From Myxococcota bacterium (GTDB lineage: Bacteria; Myxococcota_A; SURF-8): a stretch of DNA of 64,000 nucleotides. Positions within the stretch are counted from its first letter, which is position 1; each line of letters begins with the position of its first letter. Below, one piece after another: positions 39,569-49,296 of this stretch. The notes under the pieces were generated by a model. It was not told where the DNA came from and did not search any database. It saw nothing but the letters and a program-made list of their open reading frames with translations. Made by a program: the position numbers and the translations under genes. Location: NCBI GenBank assembly GCA_965140415.1, contig OZ223209.1, positions 5,312,001 to 5,376,000 of the forward strand, written 5' to 3'.

Positions 39569-40960
39569 CTATTTTCCGTTTAGAATCCTTCGTTCCTTCT
39601 CGATACGCTCCGCTTCGATATAGTGCTCCAGCAATTTCTTGAATTTTGCTGAAGAGGTACGTTTGAAGTCGGATTCAGTGACCTTTCCTTCTTTATGGAT
39701 TTCAAAAAGGATATCCTTCTGAGGTGTTGATAACGAATAGTAAATCTTCAGCCAATCTGCGGCACCATTGTTTTCATGCAATCGCCTATTGATGATGTAT
39801 TCATCTGGCATATTCGCAATAGCAAGGAATTCTTTCTCGTTGCGGCCAAAAGCAGCTTCAAAGAATTCCAGCCTTGGAGAGACCATCCCTCTGGTTGCCA
39901 GTAGAATGCACTGAACACCACGAATAAGTTTACGATTCCAATTCTTCCCGACATAGCTTCTGTTTTTATGAGTAAGCGGGATATATTTCATCGGAAAAGA
40001 GTAAATTTTAGTTCCCAATTCTTCATTCAGTTCACAATTGATTCTAAGCCGCTCATAAAAGTCTTCAGGCTTGTCATTGTAATTATAAAGTATATAGTTT
40101 GAAAGATTCAGGATACCATATTGTGCCGCCATTCTGATTTTTGAAATGTAAAGCTCTTCCATTGAAATATGATCGAAAGCGATTCTCATGGGTTTGATGG
40201 CAATCTCAGCCAGCAAAGCCATTTTCTTTTCATCCAATAGGCGAGCATCAAGCCCTTGGTTGAAATCAACTTTCCTTAAACGGTTATTAAGGCGTGCGCC
40301 CTTCTCAAAGCCTAATGTTTTGATATCGTCGATGATTCTTGGAAAGAAGCGTGAAGCTAGAACGTTGTTGTCCAACAGAACCAAATCCTGTTTTTGACCA
40401 TAAACCTCCTCAATTCCTTTTACCTGTTTAAAAAGTGGGGAGTAATGGCGAAATATAGGCTCAATTTTATGAACCGCACAAAACTTGCAGCGATTAGGGC
40501 AGCCTCTCGTTGAATACGCAATGTAGCAGTCCTTCGTTGCATACTGATATTCAATAGAATCCAATATCTTGTAATCTGGAATCAGCCGATCTATGTTATT
40601 GGTATCTCCTTTGTCAAGCGCACCTTTCTTGTCGAGTAGACCACGAATGACCGTCACCCCGGTTTCTGATCTGATTTCTTCCGAAAGCAAGGTGGCCATT
40701 ACGCCACCGACGATCACGTTGCTTGGCGAAGATGTAGCCCTTTTATAATATTCAATGGTCCGGATTGTTTCTGACCAGAAGAATGTAAACAGAGTGCTTA
40801 TATAAATCCTATCCCAGATCTCTTCACGATAAGCAGCTTTACACCCCTTAACAAAGTGAACCTCGTCACCTCGCAATTTATGATAAGAGGATATTTTCAT
40901 CAGGCCAAGGGGAGGGTATTTATTCCGATAGCCGGGTTCAACAAGGAGGATTTTGGACAT
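39569..40960 (-). CDS. Radical SAM protein with a B12-binding-like N-terminus
   Basis: EPGYRNKYPPLGLMKIS, VGGVMATL, TRGCPNRCKFC (CX3CX2C), LLDNN, DFNQGLDAR, RIAFDH. Confidence 0.85.
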   Translation of the reverse strand: MSKILLVEPGYRNKYPPLGLMKISSYHKLRGDEVHFVKGCKAAYREEIWDRIYISTLFTFFWSETIRTIEYYKRATSSPSNVIVGGVMATLLSEEIRSETGVTVIRGLLDKKGALDKGDTNNIDRLIPDYKILDSIEYQYATKDCYIAYSTRGCPNRCKFCAVHKIEPIFRHYSPLFKQVKGIEEVYGQKQDLVLLDNNVLASRFFPRIIDDIKTLGFEKGARLNNRLRKVDFNQGLDARLLDEKKMALLAEIAIKPMRIAFDHISMEELYISKIRMAAQYGILNLSNYILYNYNDKPEDFYERLRINCELNEELGTKIYSFPMKYIPLTHKNRSYVGKNWNRKLIRGVQCILLATRGMVSPRLEFFEAAFGRNEKEFLAIANMPDEYIINRRLHENNGAADWLKIYYSLSTPQKDILFEIHKEGKVTESDFKRTSSAKFKKLLEHYIEAERIEKERRILNGK

Positions 40961-40975
40961 AATTTAGAGTACCTA

Positions 40976-41419
40976 CTATTCTCCGGCTGTGTTGAAGAGA
41001 TAAGCGAGCAGAACCTTCGGGAGCTCATCTGAACAACTTCTATCAAGTCTCAGCTCGTTTCCGCTTTCAATGGTATAGTCAGCTAATATTTCTTCAAGGA
41101 GAATTCCCATGCCAGCGTTGGCGTATTCTTCAACTTTTGAAATGACCTCCTTATCATCGAGCACGGATGAATAGTTCATTTCTTCAGATTCGATAATGAT
41201 TGAATAATAGCTTGCGTATTCCTCTGGGGTGATGGTGCTTGACCAAAACCGGTCTTCACCTTGCTTTTGCAACGGTTTACGTTTTCCATGTCGAAAACCC
41301 AAACAGGCGCAAATGTAAAACAACTCATGAGCTTCCCTCACTGCAAAGTTTGACATCTCCTTGTACAGCGTCTTGTATTTTCGATCTGTGCGGACTCTGA
41401 TATCACCTGACATATTCAT
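40976..41419 (-). CDS. Dnd-system-associated protein 4 / DndE-like small protein
   Basis: ACLGF...KRKPL...EEYANAGMGIL pattern and position right after the ATPase; GGAGG RBS. Confidence 0.6.
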   Translation of the reverse strand: MNMSGDIRVRTDRKYKTLYKEMSNFAVREAHELFYICACLGFRHGKRKPLQKQGEDRFWSSTITPEEYASYYSIIIESEEMNYSSVLDDKEVISKVEEYANAGMGILLEEILADYTIESGNELRLDRSCSDELPKVLLAYLFNTAGE

Positions 41420-41420
41420 C

Positions 41421-43466
41421 TCACAACACCTCCGCTTCTTCGCGCAGCATACCTGTTGCCTGCGATGTCTCCAATTTTTCGATTTTCGTACTTCCGGGGC
41501 CACTGCCCTTTAATAAGTAGAACTTACCCCATTGACCAGTCCCCTTCAGAATGCCGGATTCATATTGACCGAACTCCGAATCTGTTGCCAGCAAAATCCA
41601 CTGGGTACACCATTCAGGAACTCTCTCAATCAAATTCTGTCTGTGATTCCTGGATAAGCGACCAAAAGGAGTATCCATGAACAAAGGCATTTCAAATATT
41701 TCTTTTCCTGCTGCGGCTTTAGCTAACGCAGCAATGAAAGCAATCGACATAATCTGTCTTTGTCCTGCTGAGATATTTGCCAAGAACGGTTTGTCCCAAC
41801 GATCATAGACCTGTATGCTATAATCAGAATCAACCCCGATCTTTTTCAGAGTTTGTCTGCCCTCATCATCAAGCAACTCGGAGAAATATTTTGTGGCATC
41901 CATCCCAATTCGGTCACGAGTCTCGCCAGTGAATTCTTCAAATATGGCCTCTAGTGCAGTGGTCGTATCATCTGCAAGTTTTGATCTTTTAACAAGGTCG
42001 TCTCGTATCCCTTCTTCCTTTTCCAACTCTTTTCGTTCTAATAAAAACTGTTCCCGAAGCTCTTTCAGTACGGATAATTCAGCCTTGAGAGTGTTCTGCT
42101 CATTTTCTAAATGCCCAATCCTCTTATCAATCCCCTGACGAGTAGCTTCCAGTTTTTCTGCATCTCGTCTTGCTGAATCACCAATTTTGCCCTGAAGGTC
42201 TTCAAGTTTCCGATAAGCAACCTGCAGGTCGTTTTTCTTCACTGCATATTTCTGCAGAAGCGACTGGGTCGTTCCTGCAATATCCGTGTAATGGCTTTTC
42301 ACAGTACTCAAGTATCGCCATAGGTTCAGCATGGAGTCCTCTACAACAACATCCGTAACCTTGTCACGCCATTGGAGGATTTTCTTGTGACCCGATGTTC
42401 CAGGCGAAATGTCCTGACCGCAAATACAGGTGCCATCATTTATTAGCCTGTCGATGAGGTCTTTCCTTATTTCGGATGGAATTTCATGCTTTTTTTTGCG
42501 CTTATCAATATCTCTGAAAACCTTTTCAACAGGCTTTCTCAATAGAAGAAGTGATGCTTTTCCTGACTGTACTTTCATTTCCGACAGGAGTTCTTTCAAC
42601 TCGCTATCGAGAATCTTGATCTCTTTTTCTTTGCTCTTTCTCTCCTTGAGTAGATCTTCAATGCCACGAATTTTTTCAAGCTCAGCATCTACTTTTTTCT
42701 TCTCTGCAGCGGCTAGCTGCAACTCTTCATCAATCTGATTAACCCTTTCATCAAGCTCAGTGCTACGATCCTCATTCTCCCTTATTTTCTTAATGATCTT
42801 GGCCATTTCACCAGTTGCCCTGGTCTCAATATCTTTATCTAAATCCCTTCTAAGGCGTTTCGTTGAGCGTTTAGCTGCTTCTAAGGTGTCTATATTGAGC
42901 AGTTTTCTGACACCCATTGAAATCTCTTTTTTCTGCTCTCGAGATGCCCTGGTTAGCCGTTCAATTTTTTCACCATCAAATAAAAAGTATTCTCGCAAGC
43001 CCCTATCAAGAATTGAGGATATATGATCAGAAACCTCATTAGGATTTCTTACTGTTGTAGAATTTCCATCATTGTCTTGGATGATAAGTTGAACACCATT
43101 ATCTTCTTCAGCAACAGTTCCTTCTTTATTCAACAAACCGAGTAAGGATCGTTCTATTTTATATGATCTTCCTTCATGCTGAAACGAAAGCTGCACACCT
43201 GCAATGACTGGTTTGCTATCAGCGGATTTTTCTTCCATTTCCGGATAATTCACCAGATACAGTTCTTTATCGTTGACCTGGTCATCCTGGCTTAGCTTCT
43301 TTTCACCGTACAAGCAAAATAATAGTGCTCGATAAAGACCGGTTTTCCCTCGTCCATTTTCTCCGAAAACAACGGTGACGTTACCTTCTTTTCCTGAAGA
43401 AAAATCTATTTCTTGAGTGCCGCGAAATTGCCGGAAATTTTTAAGTACCATATTCTGGAGGATCAT
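41421..43466 (-). CDS. DndD-like coiled-coil ABC ATPase with a CxC zinc hook
   Basis: NFRQF, GENGRGKT, FLFDGE, CICG in the coiled coil, ISAGQRQ, FMDTPFGRL, LLATDSE. Confidence 0.85.
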   Translation of the reverse strand: MILQNMVLKNFRQFRGTQEIDFSSGKEGNVTVVFGENGRGKTGLYRALLFCLYGEKKLSQDDQVNDKELYLVNYPEMEEKSADSKPVIAGVQLSFQHEGRSYKIERSLLGLLNKEGTVAEEDNGVQLIIQDNDGNSTTVRNPNEVSDHISSILDRGLREYFLFDGEKIERLTRASREQKKEISMGVRKLLNIDTLEAAKRSTKRLRRDLDKDIETRATGEMAKIIKKIRENEDRSTELDERVNQIDEELQLAAAEKKKVDAELEKIRGIEDLLKERKSKEKEIKILDSELKELLSEMKVQSGKASLLLLRKPVEKVFRDIDKRKKKHEIPSEIRKDLIDRLINDGTCICGQDISPGTSGHKKILQWRDKVTDVVVEDSMLNLWRYLSTVKSHYTDIAGTTQSLLQKYAVKKNDLQVAYRKLEDLQGKIGDSARRDAEKLEATRQGIDKRIGHLENEQNTLKAELSVLKELREQFLLERKELEKEEGIRDDLVKRSKLADDTTTALEAIFEEFTGETRDRIGMDATKYFSELLDDEGRQTLKKIGVDSDYSIQVYDRWDKPFLANISAGQRQIMSIAFIAALAKAAAGKEIFEMPLFMDTPFGRLSRNHRQNLIERVPEWCTQWILLATDSEFGQYESGILKGTGQWGKFYLLKGSGPGSTKIEKLETSQATGMLREEAEVL

Positions 43467-43636
43467 TGGGTTTCCTCCTTTTCCTTAACGATCTGTTTCA
43501 CTGCACCTTTTAATTGCTCAACAACAAATGTTTCTGGATTTGTCTCTGACAATTCAAGGGCACGCATGGCCAAAGCCCTGACATCTTCCGGGTATTCCAG
43601 AAGTTTCTCGAGAATCAATTTGTGAGTCTGTGACAT
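43463..43636 (-). CDS. 57-aa helical protein coupled to the ATPase
   Basis: Not in the ORF track. MSQTHKLILEKLLEYPEDVRALAMRALELSETNPETFVVEQLKGAVKQIVKEKEETQ; AGGAG RBS; ATGA overlap with the ATPase start. Confidence 0.75.
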   Translation of the reverse strand: MSQTHKLILEKLLEYPEDVRALAMRALELSETNPETFVVEQLKGAVKQIVKEKEETQ

Positions 43637-43645
43637 GAAAAACTC

Positions 43646-45796
43646 CTATTTACTGTATTCCTCAGTTTCCATCGCTTCTTTTTCTATCTTTTCCATTACC
43701 TCGTGATAGATATCCCAAGGCTTCATATGCAGCAAGTGAATCATCTCATAATCATTGACAATATCCCAAACAACATTTCTTGCCTGAAATTCATTGACCG
43801 AGGCCGATGCAAACTCTGCAAATCTTGGCATCTCACGCTTAAGCAGCCCAATGTCCGTTTCAGATTTATACTTTGCATTCTCTCGATCAGGCAAAACAAG
43901 AAAATCATACACTTCGGCCTGCAATTTCCCTTCATCTTTCCTGAGGATCCTTCCCCTGCGTTGAACGAATTCCTTAGGATTTGAGGTGCTTGCGAGGAAA
44001 TAAGCATAACGAGTTGACGGTATATCAACACCTTCATCTAGGCAATGTATGGCAACTAATACCTGAATATCGCCTTTTTCAAACTGCTTTAAAACCACCT
44101 CGCGCTGGTTCATCGTCACAGAATAAACAAATTCATGGCAACGCAAGCCTAGCAGAGCAATATTTGCCAAAACCTCTTTATGAGTACCTGGAGCGCAGTA
44201 AACAAGCGTATTATTCAGCTCTTCACCAGCGTCCTCAACTTCCGCCTTTTTTTGCTTGAGGTGGTCTATCAAAAGAGGGATTTTATTTTGAGCTTTAGAG
44301 ATAATATTTGCACGTTTGAGCAATTGCTTCTTGAGACGTTCCTTTTCTTCTGGTTCATTGTCGAGGTCGCGGTTCGCCAGATAAGCAATTTTCTGAGATA
44401 ATTCCTCGTACTCTTCTCTTTCGTCAGTGGTAAGGGAGGTGAGTATTGGGGTATATTTGTACGGGGTCAGATATGTTCCGATAGCTTGTTCTAATGAGAA
44501 CTCAAAGCAGACATCTGAAAAGTAATCCCAAAGAACATCAGTCCCTTCTTCGTCATACCAACGATGAGGAGTGGCGGATAAGCCAATTCGCATGTCGGCG
44601 TTGGGAGAAAGTCCTCGCTTTAGATGTCTGGATCCTAGACGATGAACTTCATCGACGATTAGCAAAAATTTATCCGATGGCAGTTCATCTAAGATAGACT
44701 GAAATTTATCTCCTGCCGCAGTGTGCTGTACGGCAAGAATGCAGATATTGGGGAGTACACCTGTTTTGAAATCTTGAATTCTTGATCTTGCCTCTACATA
44801 CCACTTGTTGTGGTTGCCACTGCATAGGATGGGATACATGCCAAAGCGTTCACAATTGTCTCTCCATTGATTTAATAAATGGAGATAAGGCACAAGGATT
44901 ACGACAGCAATTCTTTCTAACTTGCTTTGCCGATCCATCGCTGCAGATAGAGCAGTGAACGTCTTTCCCGTTCCCGTCGCCATCTCAAAAATGCCGCTAT
45001 AGTTGCTTTCCTCCCATTTGGAGATTGCCTCTTCTTGATAAGGTCGAAGTTCAATTTTCGCGCCACCTGTAATAGAAAGGGATTTTGAAGGCTTCTTGGT
45101 TTTATCGTAGTCTTTGTATGGTCGTTCAGTGCTTCGTAAATTTACAATCTCTTTTTCAATGGCATCAGGAATAGGAAGCACTTCAAACTGGCTATTGCCC
45201 TCTTTCCAAAGTTTCTGAAGGCGTTTTAGGTGTTGTTCTACATATGGTAATTGACCTTGATCCCACGATCTAAATACAGAGAAGGCTTCTCCATTAAGAG
45301 ACCCCTTTGTTGAGTCATTGAAGGAGCCATGGATTGCAACAACATCGTTCTGTTTGTCAATAAATACGCCAACTTTGTCATGATAGTCGCCCGATTGACC
45401 GGCTTTTCTTGGGATGGCGAATTTGAACTCCAGTACCCCATCGGCAACCATCCACGCAAGGGCATTCAAGGTATCTTTTGAAAGCGAATAACTTAGTTCT
45501 TTTACTTGCTGACGCAAAATTGCTTTAAGCGTATCATCTTGCTTTGCCGCATCACCTGTCTGTAATGCTTCCCAATCCTGTTGCTGCAATATCGGCGAGG
45601 TTACGATCCGTGCAGAACCTCCATTCTCAACAAGAGCTTGGATACCTTGACAAGCAGTGCGAAGCCACCCGGAAGTAAAATAGCCGACTCCTCGCCAGTA
45701 TTCTATTGACTCGCAAAGTAGGGGTGCCATTAGGTCCTTAACAAGGTCATAATCAGCACTGTCATAAACGGGATGGAGTTGCAGATCAGTCAGCAT
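43646..45796 (-). CDS. PLD(HKD)-nuclease fused to an SF2 helicase, of the Dnd-associated restriction-enzyme type
   Basis: VGYFTS, YHDKVG...HGSFNDS; MATGTGKT, VDEVH, LSATP, LDEGVDIP, QRRGRILR. Confidence 0.85.
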   Translation of the reverse strand: MLTDLQLHPVYDSADYDLVKDLMAPLLCESIEYWRGVGYFTSGWLRTACQGIQALVENGGSARIVTSPILQQQDWEALQTGDAAKQDDTLKAILRQQVKELSYSLSKDTLNALAWMVADGVLEFKFAIPRKAGQSGDYHDKVGVFIDKQNDVVAIHGSFNDSTKGSLNGEAFSVFRSWDQGQLPYVEQHLKRLQKLWKEGNSQFEVLPIPDAIEKEIVNLRSTERPYKDYDKTKKPSKSLSITGGAKIELRPYQEEAISKWEESNYSGIFEMATGTGKTFTALSAAMDRQSKLERIAVVILVPYLHLLNQWRDNCERFGMYPILCSGNHNKWYVEARSRIQDFKTGVLPNICILAVQHTAAGDKFQSILDELPSDKFLLIVDEVHRLGSRHLKRGLSPNADMRIGLSATPHRWYDEEGTDVLWDYFSDVCFEFSLEQAIGTYLTPYKYTPILTSLTTDEREEYEELSQKIAYLANRDLDNEPEEKERLKKQLLKRANIISKAQNKIPLLIDHLKQKKAEVEDAGEELNNTLVYCAPGTHKEVLANIALLGLRCHEFVYSVTMNQREVVLKQFEKGDIQVLVAIHCLDEGVDIPSTRYAYFLASTSNPKEFVQRRGRILRKDEGKLQAEVYDFLVLPDRENAKYKSETDIGLLKREMPRFAEFASASVNEFQARNVVWDIVNDYEMIHLLHMKPWDIYHEVMEKIEKEAMETEEYSK

Positions 45797-48779
45797 AATT
45801 CAGCAACTCCTTCAAGATAATTTCGCGACCTCGGATTACCACTTTACTGTTATCTCCTAGCATACTCGGGGTTAAGTGCCTTTTAATAATCCTCTCATTA
45901 GCAAGCATTTCTTGGAATTCGGCTAGATTTGCCGCTCCGTCCCATTCTTTTTCAAGTATCATATGGACAAGGTCTTCTAGGCAAGAAAGAAACCCATTCT
46001 CTGAAGCAGGGACAAAAGCCTCACGGGTATTGCCGAGGAGCTTAAATTTTCCGTTCTTTTTGAGTAAATCCGAAATCATAAAAGGGGACCAATACAAGCC
46101 AGATGGAAGCTTTGGCAGCTTGGGAGATTCTGCGAGGAGAGATATTCGTCCGAAATGCCTTCCTGCCATTTTAGCTGTTTCATAATGCAGATAAGCCAAA
46201 TCTTCTAGTTCACTTTGCTTAAGGTCACTCCATTCAAGCGTATCCTTATGGATAAAACATCCTGCGTGATAGAAGAAAACATTTTCGTGATTTGCTACAT
46301 AATAGACTTGTTGTTCTTGATATTTTAGATTTCTTACAAAATAATCTTCAAGCTTCTCATAAGGACATGGCGAATTGGCCTTTCTTATATATTCGACAAT
46401 CAATTCCTGAATACCATGTCGAGTTTCACTCTCGGAAGCACCGGGCCTTTCGATTCTTGGGTAACGTTCAAGCTCAAGTGAACCATCATTGTAATATTGC
46501 AGCAATGAATATAGCATGTCTGAACAATTGATGCCGTAGGCCAAGCAAGTAACTTGTTTTTCTTTAAAGAGCTTTTCAACAGAGAAATGCTCCTCAGTCA
46601 GTAATAGATTCACGGCGTATCTAAGAATATTTTCAATGGCATCCTGATTTACCGAAATATTATCAATATGAGCTATTTTGTTGCGAGTAACGTAAATTGC
46701 ATTCGGAATTCTGTATATCGCTTGATCAAACTGGAACGGTTTTAAAAGCATTTTGTCAAGTGCGAATCGTCTTAGCTCCTTTACTGTTTTCGGCTCACCT
46801 GTTTCCAGTAGAACATTTTCCAAAGCAACCGAAGTAGGCATATATTCTATAAAGGTTTCTCTTAAGTAAATGTAAGGGGTTTTAGGAAAAACGAGCTTGG
46901 GGTTTTTGTTTTGCTTTAAACAGGTATAAAGCGCCAATTCCGCAAACATGCCTGCTTGATTGCAACGCTTTTCAAAATGACGATATGCACCGTATGCAGA
47001 CACAAATGGGATATCATCCTGAAGTATTTTGATAAGCCATTCTTCAACATCATGAATCAGAGAGATCGGAACAATTGCGTTTTCTTTGTGAATGAACGTT
47101 CCCCTCTCCCAAAGCAAAGAATTTTCGCTACGGTCAAGCATGGCATGAACATTTCGCTCTTCAACATCGGGACGCCATTTCCTTAAATGCTCCGTGATCT
47201 CAGAGAAATGAGCATGTTTCCCTATAGATAACAATACTTCTTCTACCGCATCGATAGACCTGCCATGTTTAAGTTTCCACAACCCCCTTGAATACAGCCG
47301 ATATTTATGGATTTTCATCGAAAAGTTGCATTTTCCGATAGCATGAAATAGCAAAGCATCTGAAACGTTTACAATTCCAAGCTCTTGATCTTTCTGTATG
47401 TATTGGATAAATGCTTCCTTAAAAGCCTTCAGGCTTACACTCCACAATTCATTATTGTACCACTCATCTGCAATGGTTGGAGCTAGCTCTTCAATCTTTC
47501 TAGAGAAGGCTTTCAGATCAGGCATCAAAGTATTTTTAACTACGCTCCTCTTAGAGACTCTAAGATCTCTTTTTTTACTGATGTTCAATTCTAAGAAAAA
47601 CTCCAACAAACGTGTTGCTTTTGCCAGATAGTCTCCATCTTGACCAACACAAAAAAGCCTCTCAGTAAGCTCCTCAACGCTAATCATTCCACCTAACTGC
47701 TCTACGATGGATTCTGCTTTTTCAATCAGAGGAATCAATCTGGCTTGCTGAGTTTGCAATGAGGCTTTTTTTTCTATTGAAACTTCAATTTGACGAACTC
47801 GTTCTCTGGTAAGTTCACATTCCATCCCCGCTTGTTCCAACGTAACAGGTTCAGCCCCTAGCATTCCTTTACGAAGCATGAAAACTTTTGCCTGCTTATC
47901 TGAACGAGTCAAACTTCGTATCCATTTGGATAGCCAAGGGAAAGGATTTTCCACGTCAATCAATAACTCTTCAGACACATCAGCACTGGAACCCCGTTCA
48001 CTCAAACCTAAAAAACAGGGAGCTAGCAGTATTTTTCCCGTGGTCAATGGCTCTGATTTTGATAAAAGCAGATTTATTTGTGAAACCAGCCCGTTTTGAA
48101 TGGCATGAATCTCGTCAACTGTTTTTCTTCCACAATTCTTTGTCTCAAATAGGCGATTCCTTTCCAGTCTCATAAATTCAGAAAGTGAATCAACGCCAGA
48201 ATTGGTCACCACATATTTTGCTCGTTTACTTAACGAAGCCACTACAGCTTTGAAAAGTCGGCCTCCTGAATCGGGAATTTGCTCCATTACTATTCCAAAA
48301 TCACATGGAGAAGTGCTGGCAACATTGGGGCTCTTGCTGTTCTCCTCCCCGCCTGCTAAATGAGAAGCCAACTCTTTTTGCAATCTTTCAATTTCAAAAA
48401 CAGTCGTGCGACCGCAGTTCCTGCATCGAAACAATTCACCCGAAGATAAGGCTAAAAAACAATCTAAACTGGACACGCCAAGATCATCTAGCACACGGTT
48501 GGCGCGTACGCTTAGCAATTCTCTAAGGTTCTGAGTTCTAATATTAAACTTATTGGCTTGAGTACCTAATTCTGTTTTAAAGCCCTGTTTTAGCAGTGAA
48601 GCTTGAAATTCTTCAATTTCTCTGACAGTTTTAACACCACAGTTTCTCACTTGAAGAAGGTCATCTCTGGACAATTTAATAAATGATTCAATATCGGTCA
48701 CACCAATAGCGTCAAGAACACCTTTGGCTCTAACTGAAAGCGGAATATTTAGGATTTTAGAATTTTCATTCATCATCAT
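45786..48779 (-). CDS. Protein with three RNAP alpha-CTD-like repeats, a sigma70 region-4 HTH and winged-helix-like regions
   Basis: Three LS(V/K)RA...(R/K)NCG(V/R)(K/T)TVxEI units; TLEQAG...LTRERVRQIE. Confidence 0.75.
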   Translation of the reverse strand: MMMNENSKILNIPLSVRAKGVLDAIGVTDIESFIKLSRDDLLQVRNCGVKTVREIEEFQASLLKQGFKTELGTQANKFNIRTQNLRELLSVRANRVLDDLGVSSLDCFLALSSGELFRCRNCGRTTVFEIERLQKELASHLAGGEENSKSPNVASTSPCDFGIVMEQIPDSGGRLFKAVVASLSKRAKYVVTNSGVDSLSEFMRLERNRLFETKNCGRKTVDEIHAIQNGLVSQINLLLSKSEPLTTGKILLAPCFLGLSERGSSADVSEELLIDVENPFPWLSKWIRSLTRSDKQAKVFMLRKGMLGAEPVTLEQAGMECELTRERVRQIEVSIEKKASLQTQQARLIPLIEKAESIVEQLGGMISVEELTERLFCVGQDGDYLAKATRLLEFFLELNISKKRDLRVSKRSVVKNTLMPDLKAFSRKIEELAPTIADEWYNNELWSVSLKAFKEAFIQYIQKDQELGIVNVSDALLFHAIGKCNFSMKIHKYRLYSRGLWKLKHGRSIDAVEEVLLSIGKHAHFSEITEHLRKWRPDVEERNVHAMLDRSENSLLWERGTFIHKENAIVPISLIHDVEEWLIKILQDDIPFVSAYGAYRHFEKRCNQAGMFAELALYTCLKQNKNPKLVFPKTPYIYLRETFIEYMPTSVALENVLLETGEPKTVKELRRFALDKMLLKPFQFDQAIYRIPNAIYVTRNKIAHIDNISVNQDAIENILRYAVNLLLTEEHFSVEKLFKEKQVTCLAYGINCSDMLYSLLQYYNDGSLELERYPRIERPGASESETRHGIQELIVEYIRKANSPCPYEKLEDYFVRNLKYQEQQVYYVANHENVFFYHAGCFIHKDTLEWSDLKQSELEDLAYLHYETAKMAGRHFGRISLLAESPKLPKLPSGLYWSPFMISDLLKKNGKFKLLGNTREAFVPASENGFLSCLEDLVHMILEKEWDGAANLAEFQEMLANERIIKRHLTPSMLGDNSKVVIRGREIILKELLNYAD

Positions 48780-48817
48780 TAGTTTATTTTTTGGTCTGGT
48801 GACTAGTAATAGGCTGG

Positions 48818-49051
48818 CTAATTAAAAAAAATAGCCTCACTGGGTTTAATATTCCCAACGGAAACTTGATGTTCGATAAAGGAGTTTAGTTGCCGCTTTG
48901 CAAGTTTTGATGGATTGACCTTTCCATTTTCCCAACGATTTACAGTTCCGAAGCTCACCCCCAATTCTCTTGCGAGATCTTCTTGGCTTATACCAAGTGC
49001 TTTTCTAATACGCTGTATGGCAATTTTGTAATTAAAACCCTTAGATACCAT
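48818..49051 (-). CDS. XRE-family HTH regulator
   Basis: IRKALGISQEDLARELGVSFGTVNRWENGKVNPS. Confidence 0.85.
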   Translation of the reverse strand: MVSKGFNYKIAIQRIRKALGISQEDLARELGVSFGTVNRWENGKVNPSKLAKRQLNSFIEHQVSVGNIKPSEAIFFN

Positions 49052-49091
49052 TTCCCGCTCTCCGTTTTCAATTACAGTCCTACTCGGCATC

Positions 49092-49120
49092 TGTTATACT
49101 AGGTGGTATAATGCAGTCAA
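49092..49120 (-). promoter_or_regulatory. Promoter and palindromic operator of the XRE-led module
   Basis: Minus strand TTGACT-N16-TATAAC, overlapped by the inverted repeat TTATAC-N6-GTATAA. Confidence 0.5.
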
Positions 49121-49296
49121 TAAAAAAGTAAAGATTACGATATTTTCGAGCTTGCATACTGAAGAAAATACCATGTTGAGGCCGCCAACCAAACTCTTTT
49201 CTCTTCCGAGACTGAAAATACTTAACAATTACATGCTAGTGCGGCATTTCCCAGATATCCCGTTTTGCCCAAAATTGCAAGATGCTCGATCCAAAT

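Noticed and set aside
39569-40960. Prokaryotic viperin
   Set aside because: The protein is longer, has a B12-binding-like N-terminus and an RGCxxxCxxC context, unlike viperins.
39569-45796. Canonical Dnd phosphorothioation or Dpd 7-deazaguanine system
   Set aside because: No cysteine desulfurase, DndC (PAPS-reductase-like), DndB or transglycosylase gene in the window; only the ATPase/helicase scaffold matches.
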